From Heteronotia binoei (taxonomy: Eukaryota): DNA of 64,000 nt. The DNA lies in assembly GCF_032191835.1 (NCBI RefSeq), contig NC_083237.1:23808001-23872000 (forward strand). The letters are read 5' to 3'. A program made the position numbers and the translations under genes. Below, piece after piece: positions 35,997-48,487 of this stretch (position 1 is its first letter; each line of letters starts with the position of its first letter). The notes beneath the pieces are model-generated. The model saw only the letters and a program-made list of their open reading frames with translations. It searched no databases and was not told the DNA's origin.

Positions 35997-37370
35997 TCAC
36001 AAGCTATGTGAAGCCTCTGTAGAGCTCCCCACCCCATCCTCCCCCTCATCCTCCTCCCCCTCCTGGTGAGGCAGGAAGGCTGAGTGATCTTGACTGTCAA
36101 AGCAGGAACTGCTGAGGTAGTCTTCAGAATGGGTGACGGCGGCCATTTCTGGCAAGTGGCCTCGCTGGTGTCTCAGGAGGCTGTAGGAGCGGGAGAAAAA
36201 CTTGTGGCAGACCCCACACTGGTGTGGCTTGTCTCCCTCGTGGACCTGCCGGTGGCGAGCCAAATCAGCCAGGCGCTTGAACTCTTTCTGGCACATGACA
36301 CACTGGAAGGGGCGGGCAGCCGTGTGGGTCACGTCGTGCTGCTTGAGGTGGGAGAGGCGGCGGAAGCGTTTCCCACAGCGGCTGCACTGAAAAGGCAGGG
36401 CGCCCGTGTGGATGAGGAAGTGCGTGGCCAGATCATATTTACTCTTGAAGAGTTTATAGCAAATACTGCATTCGTAGGCCTTCTTTGGGGATGGCCCTGG
36501 GGGAGAGGAAGCAATCGCAGGAGACACCACTTCCGCCTCCTGGGAGTCGGCCTGACCGAGCAGAGGGCAGTCCCCATTGACCACATGCATCCGGCTGTGC
36601 TGTCTGAGGTAGGAGGCGAGGCGGAAGGCCATTCCGCACTCAGGGCAAGAGAAGGGCTTTTCGCCGGTATGGACCACGTAATGCCGCGAGAGAGACCACG
36701 GGCGAGCAAAGTTCTTGTGGCACACGCCACACTGGTGCAGCTTGGCTCCCTCCTGATCATCTGGGTCATCTTGGCTCGCCACCTCTTTGAAACACTTGTG
36801 GGCCTTCAGCTCACCCTTCGTCTCAAAAGCCTCGTTGCAAGCGAGGCATAGCAAAGTCCAGTCTTCCTGCAGGAGCACCTGCTTTTGATTTGGGGCAGCA
36901 GAGACAGGCATCCTGCCATTGTTCGTGCTGATCTGCACTGCCGCTACCTTATTTTCATGCGGTTCCTGTTGTGGAAGAAATTTACCTGGCTCTTGGAAAG
37001 GCTGGGATCTGCCAGTGCCCCCTGGAGAATGATTGGTGGCTTCGGGGCATTTGTGGCGGGCCAGATGTGCCGAACGGCTGAAGGTTTTATGGCAAAGTTT
37101 GCAGCGGAAAGGTTTTTGCCTGCCGTGGGTCAGACGATGGCGTGCCAGGTAGTATGCAAATTTGAACACTTTCCCACATACGGGACAGGAATTCTGGCTC
37201 TTGCTCTCAGCCTGGCAGTGATGATCATGCACAGCTGCTGCAGAAAGGAAGGCTTTATGACAAGCTGGGCACCGGTGGGTGGGATGCTGGTGAGCTTCAA
37301 GCATGGCAGGCTCAGGGGGTGGCAGCAAAGAGTTTGGTTCAGGTGAGTCCGGCAGCTTAGGAGACTCCAT
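35997..37370 (-). CDS. ZNF579: C2H2 zinc finger protein 579 (single coding exon, 457 aa)
   Basis: Diagnostic KQVLLQEDWTLLCL..AFETKGELKAH, RPWSLSRH, AFRLASYLRQH, KRLADLARH and C-terminal SCFDSQDHSAF; acceptor CAG|G just upstream (exon starts 37379). Confidence 0.9.
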   Translation of the reverse strand: MESPKLPDSPEPNSLLPPPEPAMLEAHQHPTHRCPACHKAFLSAAAVHDHHCQAESKSQNSCPVCGKVFKFAYYLARHRLTHGRQKPFRCKLCHKTFSRSAHLARHKCPEATNHSPGGTGRSQPFQEPGKFLPQQEPHENKVAAVQISTNNGRMPVSAAPNQKQVLLQEDWTLLCLACNEAFETKGELKAHKCFKEVASQDDPDDQEGAKLHQCGVCHKNFARPWSLSRHYVVHTGEKPFSCPECGMAFRLASYLRQHSRMHVVNGDCPLLGQADSQEAEVVSPAIASSPPGPSPKKAYECSICYKLFKSKYDLATHFLIHTGALPFQCSRCGKRFRRLSHLKQHDVTHTAARPFQCVMCQKEFKRLADLARHRQVHEGDKPHQCGVCHKFFSRSYSLLRHQRGHLPEMAAVTHSEDYLSSSCFDSQDHSAFLPHQEGEEDEGEDGVGSSTEASHSL

Positions 37371-37470
37371 GAGTTATCCCTGTGAAAGAAAAAGGCAAAA
37401 CCACTGAGCTGTATTTATGATACAGTATTTTAAAATGCAGAAAGCCAGCTTGTGAGTTATGTAGGTAAAC

Positions 37471-37585
37471 GTAGTTCCCTGTGCAAGCACCTGTCATTTT
37501 CGACTCTGGGGTGACGTTGCTTTCACAATGTTTTCATGGCAGACTTTTTACATGGTGGTTTGCCATTGCCTTCCCCAGTCATCTG
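37471..37585 (-). mobile_element. Sauria-type SINE 3' fragment
   Basis: Reverse-complement BovB-like tail. Confidence 0.8.
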
Positions 37586-39399
37586 AGTTATGTAGAACTA
37601 TTCCTCAAAATGTGTTGGTTTTTTTGAGGGGGTGGGAGATGACAGCAAGGGGAGGAACGTGGTATTAATTTTGTTGCATTCAGACTTTCTTGTTTTAATG
37701 CACCAAGACCTCTTTTGCACTGGCACTAAATTATGGTACAGACTGCCCTGTGAATTTAAGCCTTTCCCTTCCTGTTTCACTCTTGCGCTGAGTTTCTTGT
37801 TTTATGGGGCCAACATGACTATGCACTGCATTTCCCCCCTTTACATTTAGACTTACCATACAGGCATACAGTGCCAGCTTACTAAAAAAAACCTCCACTC
37901 CATACCTTTAAGGCTTTTTAAAGTTCTGGCTTGCAAACAGCTGGTTCCCCAACTCACCTGGGGTGAGTCTCACTTGCCTTTAGACAACCAGGCAGGAAAG
38001 ATTTTATAATGCCAGGCAGTTAATTTCCCCCACACCCCAAGCTATTGATGGGCAAATAAGATGACATGCAGGTTGGAGAAAACTATGAACAATCCAATTC
38101 CACAATTTGCTGAAACTGTCCATGTGCAATGGCAGCAACTGCAATCAAGCATCTTTTGGAGAAGGAATTTGCAAGCAAATAATATCCTTTATGTGTAAGT
38201 GGGGTCCCTTCAGAACCAACTATGCTCCATAGATTTGCTCTGCTCCCCTGGTCCAAACGACCCTTCCCTTCGTTCTGGAACAAGAGAAATGGTTTTCCGC
38301 TCATCTCTGAGGCACAACTTTTCAAAGACATTTGGTCTCCCTGTTCACTCACTCTTCTAAAGATAAACTCTGCTGCTACAGGATGGAATCAGGCCTCTTT
38401 ATGTTGATGGAAATGCAGGGACTTGAGTGGTTAGAAAACACATTTAAAAAGGAAGACGGGGAGCCACAACTTCTGGGTTTCCAAAGAGATGGGAAACTAA
38501 ACCTTTTCGGGCTCACTGGAATTATCACCCTTGTTTGTTAATACATACAGAATCATGCACTGGTCTTTAGACAAAACAGAGGTCCTGTCCCCAAGGAGCT
38601 TACAGCCTAAAAAGGGAAATGAAATAACAAGGGAAGGGAGGAGAGGGAGGGATACAGATGAAGTCTGGTGTAGACATTGGTGATTCTGGGGCAAAGGGCT
38701 GAAATCCCAGGCTTCTATCCTCTTTACACAGATGAAAAGGCTGTTTGGGGAGACACAAGGGAGGGCCCCAAAGGGCAAGGAAAGAGATCCTAGGAGAAGG
38801 CCTTAGAATGATCTAACAAAGGACTGGGGCCTGGTTGGTTTGGAATGGTGGCTCAAGTGCTGTTGGAGCATGTCCAAAAGGGGAACTCTGTGTGGCATCT
38901 GAAAAACTTGCAGTGCCATCTTAAGCAGAGGTATATATACCCTTCTACATCTGCTGGCTTCAGAAGGGGTTTAGAGGGGTGTAGCCCTGTTACGGATTGC
39001 AGTGTAACAGGATTTGCTGCGGCCCACCGGTTCTGTGGACTACAGCTTGGGTGCCTGAAACGCCTGTGCTCACACAGACAGGCGCATACACACAGACAAA
39101 ATGACAGAACGAGGGAACTGCGTCCCCACCATTCACGACTGGCCTCTGCAAGCCCACCACTGAGGATACCTGACGCTTCATGCCTCTGAGGAAAGCGGAC
39201 GCCCTGCTTTCTTCCCAAAAGCTGTTGGTTTTTACGGCGCCACAGGACTTCTTTTGGTTCCATGGCCCTCAGGGGTCCTTTCTCCGCCCGCCTATACTCA
39301 GGCGTCTTTCAAAGGGTGGGTGTTGGGAGCTATTCCTGGATGGAGAAATCCGGCACCCTCAAACCTGCGCACTCAGCCTGAAAGAGAGAGGGCGGGCGG

Positions 39400-39950
39400 A
39401 AGGGATCTTTGGAGGAGCCCGAGGCCACCTGGGGGCGCCTGTCCGATCGCTCCCCTTCTCCTGCCCGGCCGTTCTCCCGGCTTTGTTCGCAGCGGCTGCT
39501 CTTGGAGAAAAGGGCAGCCCTCCTCCCCGATCTGCCCCGCACCCCCCCCCCCCCATCCTCCACCCCCCTACGTTTCATCGCCGAGGTCCCCGTCTCAGTA
39601 CCTGGTTCCGCAGTTGCCGCCCGGAGGGGGAGGCGCCCGGGCTGGGAGAGCGAGCGGCGAGGGTGGCGGCATCCAGTGGCGCAAGAGACGTCGTCGTCCT
39701 TCGGCGAGACATCCAGGCACCCAGATCCACCCCTCCCCTCCCGGCAGGCACCGCCGTGGGCAGCACTGGCGAAGCCCGGGACACCCTCACGTGTGCGCCG
39801 AAGCCCCCGGTTGGCACCCAAAGCAGGTTTACGCGACGTGCGCAAGCCTCGCAACGCTGACATCCGGCCCTAGCCCTTCCCCTACAGCTGCGCCATGGGC
39901 GCAGGCAGCAGCGCAGCAGGGAAACGCAACCGTGTGAGCTGATTCCCCAC
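39400..39950 (-). promoter_or_regulatory. CpG island, probable ZNF579 promoter and non-coding exon 1
   Basis: High CpG density; minus-strand donors CAG|GTACTG (39602/39601) and CAG|GTATCC (about 39170). Confidence 0.65.
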
Positions 39951-40192
39951 CCAGGAGCACTCTGCAGTCTTCTTTTATATGGTGTTCCATTAAGTCCTGG
40001 TCTAAACAGCATTTTGTGTAGATGCTAGCTTGGGAATCTACAAGAAGCACAGCCTTTTCGGTGGCGGCCCTGAGCCTTGGAATGCTCTTCTGCTGGCTGT
40101 TGGTTTGGCTCTCCTTATAGAGTTGAAAGGGACCTCCAGGGTCATCTTGTCAAACCTCCTGCACAATGCAGGAAATTCACAAATACCTCAAG

Positions 40193-40403
40193 ATGAACAT
40201 ATGAAGCTGCCTTATACTGAATCAGACCCTCGGTCCATCAAAGTCAGTATTGTCTACTCAGACTGGCAGCAGCTCTCCAGTGTCTCAAGCTGAGGTTTTT
40301 CACTATTTGCCTGGACTCTTTTTAGTTGGTAATGCCGGGGATTGAACCTGGGATCTTCTGCCTACCAAGCAGATGCTCTACCACTGAGCCACCATCCCTC
40401 CCC
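40193..40403 (-). mobile_element. tRNA-derived SINE (Squam3-like)
   Basis: Same family as 1579 and 8553. Confidence 0.85.
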
Positions 40404-40908
40404 AAAAGATGCTGCTTTCCCACAAATAAAACTCTGGGTGGAAACCTTAAGCTAGGACAGGATCTCCAACAGGATGCCCATGAGTGCCCGCCAGGACCTT
40501 ACTTGGTGCCCACCAAGCATTTTTAGAAAATAGGTGGGGCTCTTGCCCAACAGGGCACTAATTTGGCTCTGAAGATCTGATTGGCTGTGCAGATTAAAAT
40601 GACATAGGTTCAGGGGTAGCTGCCACATAAAACATGCTCCCACATCCTTCCCAGTGTATTTTTAAATTACCCCTCTACTGCCCTGCACTTGGGTTTCCTG
40701 TTTATGTGGCTCCACCCCTTGCAGCAGCCATTTTGTCATTGTGCTCACCATCCCTTGGCAGAATCCCAAAGGTGCCCATAGGGCCGAAAAACTGAGAACC
40801 TTTGCTTGAGGAGGAGGTAGCCTGCCTGGATTCTGCCAGGTTTGGTGCTTTTTTTATATATACAGACTGCAGAGATTGCCTTTGATTTTTTTTTTCTTTT
40901 TTATACCT

Positions 40909-41176
40909 GGACCAATTTCACACTCGGCTTGTTCCGGAGGAAGAGCCCTTTTGCTCCTGGTGCTTCTGTCTATTTTTGCACAAGCTGCCCCGGAGCTGCG
41001 AGTTGGTCTGCTGCTTTTCCGCAGCAAGCAAGATCCTCTTACAAGCTGTTTCTGCTTGCCATGGAAAAGCAGCATGCCAACTCACAGCTCCAGGGCAGTT
41101 TGTGCGAAAACTGAGAGAAGTGCCGGGGGCAAAAGGGGTCTCCCCCAGGAACAAGCCCTAGTGCTAAATCAGTCCT
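40909..41176. mobile_element. Imperfect foldback MITE
   Basis: Arms of about 120 bp (CTTGTTCC...CTGCTTTTCC vs GGAAAAGCAG...GGAACAAG), roughly 80% complementary by eye. Confidence 0.65.
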
Positions 41177-41275
41177 GGTCTTCTGCCTTTGGTATATGAA
41201 CAATGCTTTGAGGGCAGTGGCTGGGGGCGGGGGGAGTGTATGTAAATAAAATCAGATACACCCACAAGGCAACTC

Positions 41276-41276
<1 letters not shown>

Positions 41277-41304
<28 letters not shown>
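41277..41304. repeat. (CA)n microsatellite
   Basis: Direct reading. Confidence 0.95.
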
Positions 41305-41307
<3 letters not shown>

Positions 41308-41939
41308 AAACCCTGCCTTGTAAAACTTTAAGGTGTGTGGGGGGGTTATACAATCTATCCATGCATACAGGAGGTTGATGCTTCTACACCAAGGCACATA
41401 CTGCGTGCAAACCCAGTCACACAGGACAACTAACTTGCATGAACAAGGAGCAGGCATGACGCAGCAAATGCGGAATCAGCCTATACCTGGTAAGCAATTG
41501 GCTCAAGGTCACCCAGAAAGCTTCCATAGCACAAGTGGGGATTCAAACCCAGGTTTCTAAGATAACTAGTCCAACGCTTTTAACCACTGTACCAGGCTGC
41601 ACGCACTGCAGCTATCTCAGCCATCAGGCATGTGACAAAAACCACCTACTTACCTCAAGCAGAGGGGTGATTGGATGGGCCTCACACACAAAAAAGGGTT
41701 AACCAGGATATTGTGAACGCTCATTCTCCAATCCACCAGCCTATGTCCCTTGCCTCTCGGGTTGCTAATTGGCCTGGGGGGGGGGATCATCCTTAAACAG
41801 AGTCTTAATATGTGGGAATGGGCTACTGAAGCTTTTTCACAGTGATAGCAGCGCCTCCTAAATAAAAGGCCATTTATCCTCTATGATGGGACAGGACTCT
41901 TCCACCCTTTTGCAGGCAGTTTTATGTGTACTCAGTTGC

Positions 41940-42595
41940 TGTCAAGAAGCTGGCCTTGTTTAGCCATTTCTTGGACTTTTAGGCTGTGAGACTAGTAAGT
42001 TACAGGAGACTCCCCTCTGAGAAATTAATGTCTCGATGACTTGCACTTGCCCAAGAGGCAAGGGATGAGATGAAGCCCACCACAGCCGCATGTGAGATAA
42101 TGGAGCTGGTCAGAGACCCAGAGGGAGTTCCATCTCAATAGCACAAGGAACTCTGAGCATGGGTCATCTACAGAGGTACCTGGTCACATGTCTTAGCTAC
42201 AAACCTGATTGGCCAAACAGGATCAAGCCAGCTGCAGGCAGTCTGGCCTCAAGCAAGGCCATTTGGTGTTTCTGGGCATCTTTTTGGCTATAGGTTGGGT
42301 TTTATGCAGTTGGAACACCTGCTTCCTGGATTTTGGATCTGTGTCTTCTGTCTGATCAGGTAACATCTGGATCAGAGGACTAATACCTGAATATGTACTT
42401 TAGGATAGTTATTTAGCTTTATTATCTTCCCTGCTTTGCACAACTCTTATATTTGTATGCTTTTGCACATTTCTTTTAATATACTTTATTAATCATATTC
42501 CTGTGGTGCCACTTGGCTTTTGGGGCTTCAGTCAAAACCCACGACCTTGGCTTATTTTGGCTCCAGCTACCAAGTAGCAGTGGAACTCAACTTGC
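41940..42595. mobile_element. Possible solo LTR
   Basis: TG start, promoter-like CCAAT (ATTGG), T-rich tract, near-matching flanks AGTTGC/ACTTGC; weak evidence. Confidence 0.25.
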
Positions 42596-42973
42596 AAGTG
42601 ACCTATCTTGCAGGGCGGACTTATTGATTAACAGCCAATAGGGCTGGAGACTTGGGTCTCCTGCGTGGCCAGTTCAGGACAGGTGGTGGCTCATTACCCT
42701 GCGCAGTGAGGATTCACACCCCAGTTGTGTATGTTCTCTTGACCTTCACCCCAAAGCCTTCTTGTAAGACAAGGGGGCTTGGACAGTTGGCTCATCATGA
42801 CTCAACTTACCTGTTCATTAAAATTACACAAGTCCTGCTCTGCTGTGCATATGTTCTCCCCCCCACCCCCCACATATGTACTAGCTCCACTGGAGCCTTG
42901 TACTATGAATCCATACCCTCTTCATATGTATATACCAGGTGCAGTGGCCTTGCATGTGTACACATGCTCTGGG

Positions 42974-43166
42974 TAGGGTTGCCAGATTCAGAAACTCCTG
43001 GAGAATTGGAGTTGGACCACGGGGAGGACAGGGACCTCAGCGGGGAACAATGCCACTGAATCCACTCTCCTAAGCATCTATTTTCTCCAGGGGAACTTAT
43101 ATTGGTCAATTGGACATCAGCTGTAATAGCAGATCTCCAGGCACCACCTAGAGGTTGGCAACCATG
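42974..43166. mobile_element. hAT Blackjack-like MITE
   Basis: TAGGGTTGCCAG / TTGGCAACCATG; TSD GCTCTGGG/GCACTGGG. Confidence 0.8.
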
Positions 43167-43954
43167 GCACTGGGATGCTTACACTTTGAAGTGCATGGGC
43201 TGCCTCAGATTTCTCTAAGGATTTCCCTTTGCTTACAGCATACACCCACCCTTAAAGGCTCTCTTCTGCACACCTCTTTCTTCCTCGTCTCCAGAGCCTT
43301 CTATTCTGCATTCTGCAACAGAATTCTAAACAGGAATAGCAGAATCTGGGGGAAAAGATTGCTCAAAGGGGGCTGCATGGAGAGAACAAATTCAGATAGC
43401 TTATTATTCCCCTGGGACCGTGGCTCCATAATCCTTAGCGTTTCACTGCATATAAGTACTTATTGCAAGAAACCCCAATATTTAATAAAGCAGTAATCAG
43501 TGGCAAACTTGTTGATGGGTTTTGGAAGCAGCTGCATTATCACTTTGGAACGCTGGATGTTTAGCTTGTGGAATATTATGGTAATTAACATCTGAACCCA
43601 TTTTTTTGGCCTTGGAGAATTGTCAGGCAAGAATATGTGATCTTATCTTTAATCAGAATTATTTACTTACTGCAAAGAAGAATGTCCTTCATTTTGTACA
43701 CAGTTGAAACAACATGGGTTTACCTTTTCTATTTTAAGGAATTTCCGGGGGCTGAGTGGGGGGCTTAAAGCAGCAAGAACAACCCTTTTAAAATTATTCC
43801 AATTTTCTTGTAAAACCCTGGAAGCTACATATATTAGAATAAGCCACTCAGTGACAGGATAGTGCACACCTGAGCCCCAACTTTGGAATCCAATTCCCAG
43901 TCTGAGATATACTGGGAATGTTCCTTTAAAAGCCTACATGCAGTGTGTCAGAAG

Positions 43955-44142
43955 CAATACTCCCTCTAAGCTGTGGTGTCTTGTGAGCAAAAATTCTACT
44001 TCGTGAGCTACTGGCATTAATGTTGTGAGCTAAATTAGTTTGCTTCGGGGCCATTTTTCCTGAGCTAAGACAAAAATGTGTGAGCCATAGGCTAAAAAAA
44101 CTGTGAGCTAACTCATACTAACTCAGCTTAGAAGGAACACTG
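43955..44142 (-). mobile_element. hAT MITE (CAGTGTTCCCTCTAAG family)
   Basis: Perfect TSD GTCAGAAG; reverse copy of 8895-9088. Confidence 0.9.
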
Positions 44143-46760
44143 GTCAGAAGTTATTTGTGCAGGATGAGGGCCCCAAAAGTACATATTGGTCCCAGGGCCA
44201 CTCCCTGGCATCTTGAGAAGGAATCTCAAGGCAGCAAAAGGCCTTTAAATACGGAGAGCTGCTACCAGACAGAAGATTCAGTAATACAGAGCTAGAAGAC
44301 TCAGCTACCTGCCTCAGCAACTCTTTCAGTTTGTACAAGATCCTCCTTTAATTCAGGTGTGTGGTTCAGTCTATGTGTGGTTTTTGCTTTAGCTGATCTC
44401 AGCCTCATGTGTGCAACGGCTCGGCATCTGCCCCTGCAAGGCTTTTGCTATAGGATGGCCTTGTCCTCCGAAACACACAAGGGCACAGACACGTATGCTG
44501 TAGAGAAATGCCCAGCCAAGAGGCTTGCATTCCACAGAAGATAAGGAACTGGAATTTGGTCAGGAGCTGGCTTTTATTAGATTATTTTCAAGGTCCTACC
44601 AAGGGCTTATCGAAGCAAACAAAAGAGAGAGAGAATAAAACAACTATTTGTCAGTAAATTATTTCGTGGGGGGTGTAGGGTGGAGAGAGTTGTTTCTGTA
44701 CTGAAATCTAAATTATTGAACAGAACACACAGAGCCCAATCTGTCCGGCCCAGGTGCCACCAAGACAGACACAGGTGGACAGCAGAGAAGCCAAGGGGAA
44801 CAGGAAGCTGTTTTTCCTTTCTGATGTGCTGAAGTAATCAACAATGCCTCTGTATGTAGAATATGCCATTCTTTTCCAGCTTGTTCTTCAACAGCTTCAT
44901 GGCTTCTGAAAAACCAACCCCCTGAACAAGCTCGGCATTCTGGGAGACTCCTTTGAATACAGACGGGCAAGTCTGGATCTACTCTAGAGTCGACCGGTCC
45001 CCCAACCCATGTATCCGAGCACAAAGGAGAAATTTATTGAGCATTACAAAAGTTGTAATTCTCTCTTCACCAAATATTGTATGTTCGAAGTTGCCCTTAC
45101 ACTGTAACACTTAACCTTTCCCCCCAACAGCTGAGCCTTAACATGAAGGCAAACACATCCTTTTAAGCATTGAACCAAATTTCAGAGACAAAAAGTAAAT
45201 TTGTTAGAAATGAAAGTGTTTCTGAGTTGTGAACAAGAAGCAAAGAGAAAAAGTGAAGCCAAAAAACAAGCTGCACCTCTGATCAGAAGCAACCTACCTT
45301 CGAGCACTCTAATCAAAACTGCTTGAGTTAACCATGTCAGAAGGCCTACAGATACTGTTAGGCAAGCAGATGAGGCACCCTAAAGCAGACATGAGGACTG
45401 CACACTCTACAGGCAGCATGCTTTTTTCTTTCAGACAATTGTGCTCCACTGGCTAATGGGCAAAGACTGTGATGTGTGAGCTGCTTCATTGAAAAACTAA
45501 GTGGCTAGTCCTCGTGACCGCTAAGGAAAGGGAAAAAAAGAAAAACAAGAGTTTCAGCCTTTTGTCTAAAGCTAAGAAATTTGCGGGGGGGGGGGGGGGC
45601 TGAAGGAAACTATTTTTGTTGTTAAACCTTGCCATTTTTAAGCTGAACACGTGATGATTTTTTAAAAGGGATACTTTAAAAAAAGTGTTTGCACTCAGAC
45701 ATATTACAGCTGTTAAGCAGGGGTTCCCTAAATTAAACCTTCAAGCCTCTCTATAAATAACGCTGGGCACAGTTATCCTACAAATGGATTTTCCATCAGG
45801 TCAATGAGCCTTCCTTTCCCCTGGAAGCCTCAGGAAATGTAATTCTGTGAGGATCTTGAGAATCTTTTGAACCTGACTCATCCATTCTCATGGCCAGAAT
45901 TCCTTGGGGGAGTGAAAATCCTGGCAGTCTGAGGTTCAGGATGCTGCTATGCCTCTAGAGATGGAATGGGGAAGGCAGAAGTCTGTCCTAACTGCAGTGA
46001 CTCTTGTCCAGAGGCAGAGAAGATCAAGGGGTGGGGGGGGGGGAGAGGGAGGAACAGAATCACGCAGTCCAACAGCATGATGTAAGGTTCCTGCAAAAGA
46101 ATACATTTACACTGACCAATAGTGCTGCCTATGAACACAAAAGCTAGGCCTCCTGCATGATGGTGGTAAGGAAGTGTTGGTGGTAGGTTAGTCATGGGTC
46201 TCCTGGTCCAAAGCTCAACACATCCCCGGGAGGAGCTTGTGTCTCCCATGACCAATGGGAGACCCTCCTAGGGAAGTCATCCTCATGTTCTAAGAACAGT
46301 TGTCCTAGAGCACTTACACTAATCTGGGATAAAGGAACCTTGGCATGGGTAGGCTCACTTGGGTAGCACTCCTGGAGACAACCGCCTTGACTGAAGGGGT
46401 TAAGTCCCTGGCATTCCTTTCCTTCCACCTGGAATATTGCAGGAACAAATCCAAAGTGCTCAATTCCCTGTCCAAGCAAGCACCACTAATACTCAACAGC
46501 TCTTGAGTATGTGCAAGATATTTTTACCAGCTGCAAAACGGAACACTAGTAAGTAATACTTTCTTGTATTGCTGTCATCTTTACATCGCAAGGCCTCTAC
46601 CCTAAGCTAACGGACCATGAGGGAAGGGTAGGCGAGTGTGGGTTTTGAGTGCATGAGGCAAGAGCTGTGTCTCCACAACAGGATCACTTCTGGCTGCCCC
46701 TAGGGTGGAGGTAGAGGAAAGCAGGGCAGGACTATAGTTTCAGGAGCTCCCAGTCCCCCA

Positions 46761-48206
46761 CTAGTCAATCCCACGGTGCAGCTTGAGATGCCGGGAAAGG
46801 TTGCTCAGAGTGATGAAGCCTTTGTGGCAGACGGTGCACTTGAAAGGCCGTTCGCCGCTGTGCAGCAGCCGGTGCCGTTTCAAGTAGCATTCGTGCCGGA
46901 AGAACTTGCCGCACTCGGTGCACTGGTAGGGCTTCTCGCCGGTGTGCACCAAGACATGCCGGTCGAGATCCCGGGGGCTGCGGAAGTATTTCTCGCACTC
47001 GCTGCATTTGTAGAGTTTTTTGCCTGGCCGGGCTGGGAACGTTCGGAGGTCCAGCTGGGGCAAAAGGTGGCGCTCCAGCTCGCTGCCCGAGCCAGGGGTT
47101 GGAGGTGTGGCCACAGCGTGGCTCAGCTGGTGCTCCTCCAGGGACTGCAGATTCACAAAGGGCTGGCCACAGATGCCACAGGTGAAGGAGGGCTCACCTC
47201 CGTGGGCAGTCAAATGAGCCGCGAGAGTGTTGCCATTAGCAAAAAAGGTCCCGCATTCGCATTGGTACAAGGTCTCTGGGGGCCGGGTGTCTGGTGAGTG
47301 GCGATTTGGGCAACCTCTGCTGTGCTGCAGGGCCCCTTCTTCTGGCTCCTCCTCTTTCTTTTCCTCTTCCAAACCTTCTAGTTCTAGACCCTTGTCAGCC
47401 TGTTGGACCTTCCCTACACAGACTGGGCAAGGCGGGGGCCTGTCCTTGGCATGTGTGAGTTTGTGGCGCTCTAACAAGGACGCGGCGTTAAAGTCCCGCT
47501 CACATTCTGGGCATTTAAAGGGCTTGATGTCTGTATGAGCCAGCCAATGGCGTCGCAGTTCAGAGGCCAGCTGAAAGTGCCGGCCACAGGCCCCACAACC
47601 AAAAGGGGCAGCCCGACCTCGCCCAGCACTACAGAGGTGTCCCAGGGGACTTTGCTCTTTGCCGCAGGCTAGGCAGCGAGGGGTAGGGGGTTGAGGGGCT
47701 GTGGCAGCAGGGGAAGCCCGATGCTGCCGCTTGAGGTGGCGGCCCAAGCTGCTGCGGGAGGAGAAGCGCAGTTCACAGACGTGACAACAGTAGGGCTTCT
47801 CTCCGGTGTGGACCACTTGATGGTGGAGAAGTCCAGTGGAGTCCCGAAAGCCTTTCGGGCACATGGTGCAGCGGTAGGGACGCTCCCCTGTGTGGCTCCG
47901 GATGTGGTTCACCAGGTTGAAGGAATGCTTGAAGCTCTTGATGCAGTGAGGGCACTGGAAAGGCTTCAGTTCAGTATGCCGGGCAAAATGGCGGCGTAGG
48001 TCTGAGCGGTAGCGGAAACTCTTGTCACACTCAGAGCAGTGGAAAGGGGCCCGGGCGCCGCCTCCGTTGTCTGTCAGGAGCGACGGATCGTCCTCCGTAT
48101 CAGAGTACAGAACCGCACACTCTTCCACAGATCTGGTGGCAGTGCCAATTCCCGGTGCCTCAAGGGGGCGCTGGCCCTCTGGCCACTGTTCATCGCAGTT
48201 CTCCAT
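46761..48206 (-). CDS. FIZ1: FLT3-interacting zinc finger 1 (481 aa, single coding exon)
   Basis: FHCSECDKSFRYRSDLRRHFARH, KHSFNL, RDSTGLLHHQVVHTGEKPYCC..CELRFSSRSSLGRHLKRQHR match the recalled human FIZ1; acceptor TTTAG at 48223. Confidence 0.93.
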   Translation of the reverse strand: MENCDEQWPEGQRPLEAPGIGTATRSVEECAVLYSDTEDDPSLLTDNGGGARAPFHCSECDKSFRYRSDLRRHFARHTELKPFQCPHCIKSFKHSFNLVNHIRSHTGERPYRCTMCPKGFRDSTGLLHHQVVHTGEKPYCCHVCELRFSSRSSLGRHLKRQHRASPAATAPQPPTPRCLACGKEQSPLGHLCSAGRGRAAPFGCGACGRHFQLASELRRHWLAHTDIKPFKCPECERDFNAASLLERHKLTHAKDRPPPCPVCVGKVQQADKGLELEGLEEEKKEEEPEEGALQHSRGCPNRHSPDTRPPETLYQCECGTFFANGNTLAAHLTAHGGEPSFTCGICGQPFVNLQSLEEHQLSHAVATPPTPGSGSELERHLLPQLDLRTFPARPGKKLYKCSECEKYFRSPRDLDRHVLVHTGEKPYQCTECGKFFRHECYLKRHRLLHSGERPFKCTVCHKGFITLSNLSRHLKLHRGID

Positions 48207-48293
48207 TTACCCAACAGTGCCTCTAAACAGCAGAAAGGGGACAGTAATAGAATCATAGCAATGAAAGGGAGGGAAAAGCCAGTGAATCCCAAT

Positions 48294-48487
48294 CAATGTT
48301 CCCTCTAAGATGAGTTAGTGTGAGCTAGCTCGCAGATTTTTAGCCTCCAGCTCACACATTTTTGTCTTAGCTCAGGAAAAATTGCCCCAGAGCAAATTAT
48401 ATTACACTGTAGCTCAAAACTTTAATGCCAGTAGCTCACAAAGTAGAATTTTTGCTCACAAGACTCTGCAGCTTAGAGGGAACATTG
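48294..48487 (+). mobile_element. hAT MITE in the FIZ1 intron
   Basis: Perfect TSD ATCCCAAT. Confidence 0.9.

Noticed and set aside
39180-40050. Multiple 150-230 aa ORFs on both strands
   Set aside because: Stop-poor CpG island with low-complexity Pro/Arg/Gly translations and no domain.
41648-41760. Alternative upstream ZNF579 exon (perfect donor GAG|GTAAGT at 41654/41653)
   Set aside because: A single donor match with no acceptor or promoter support; common by chance in 64 kb.
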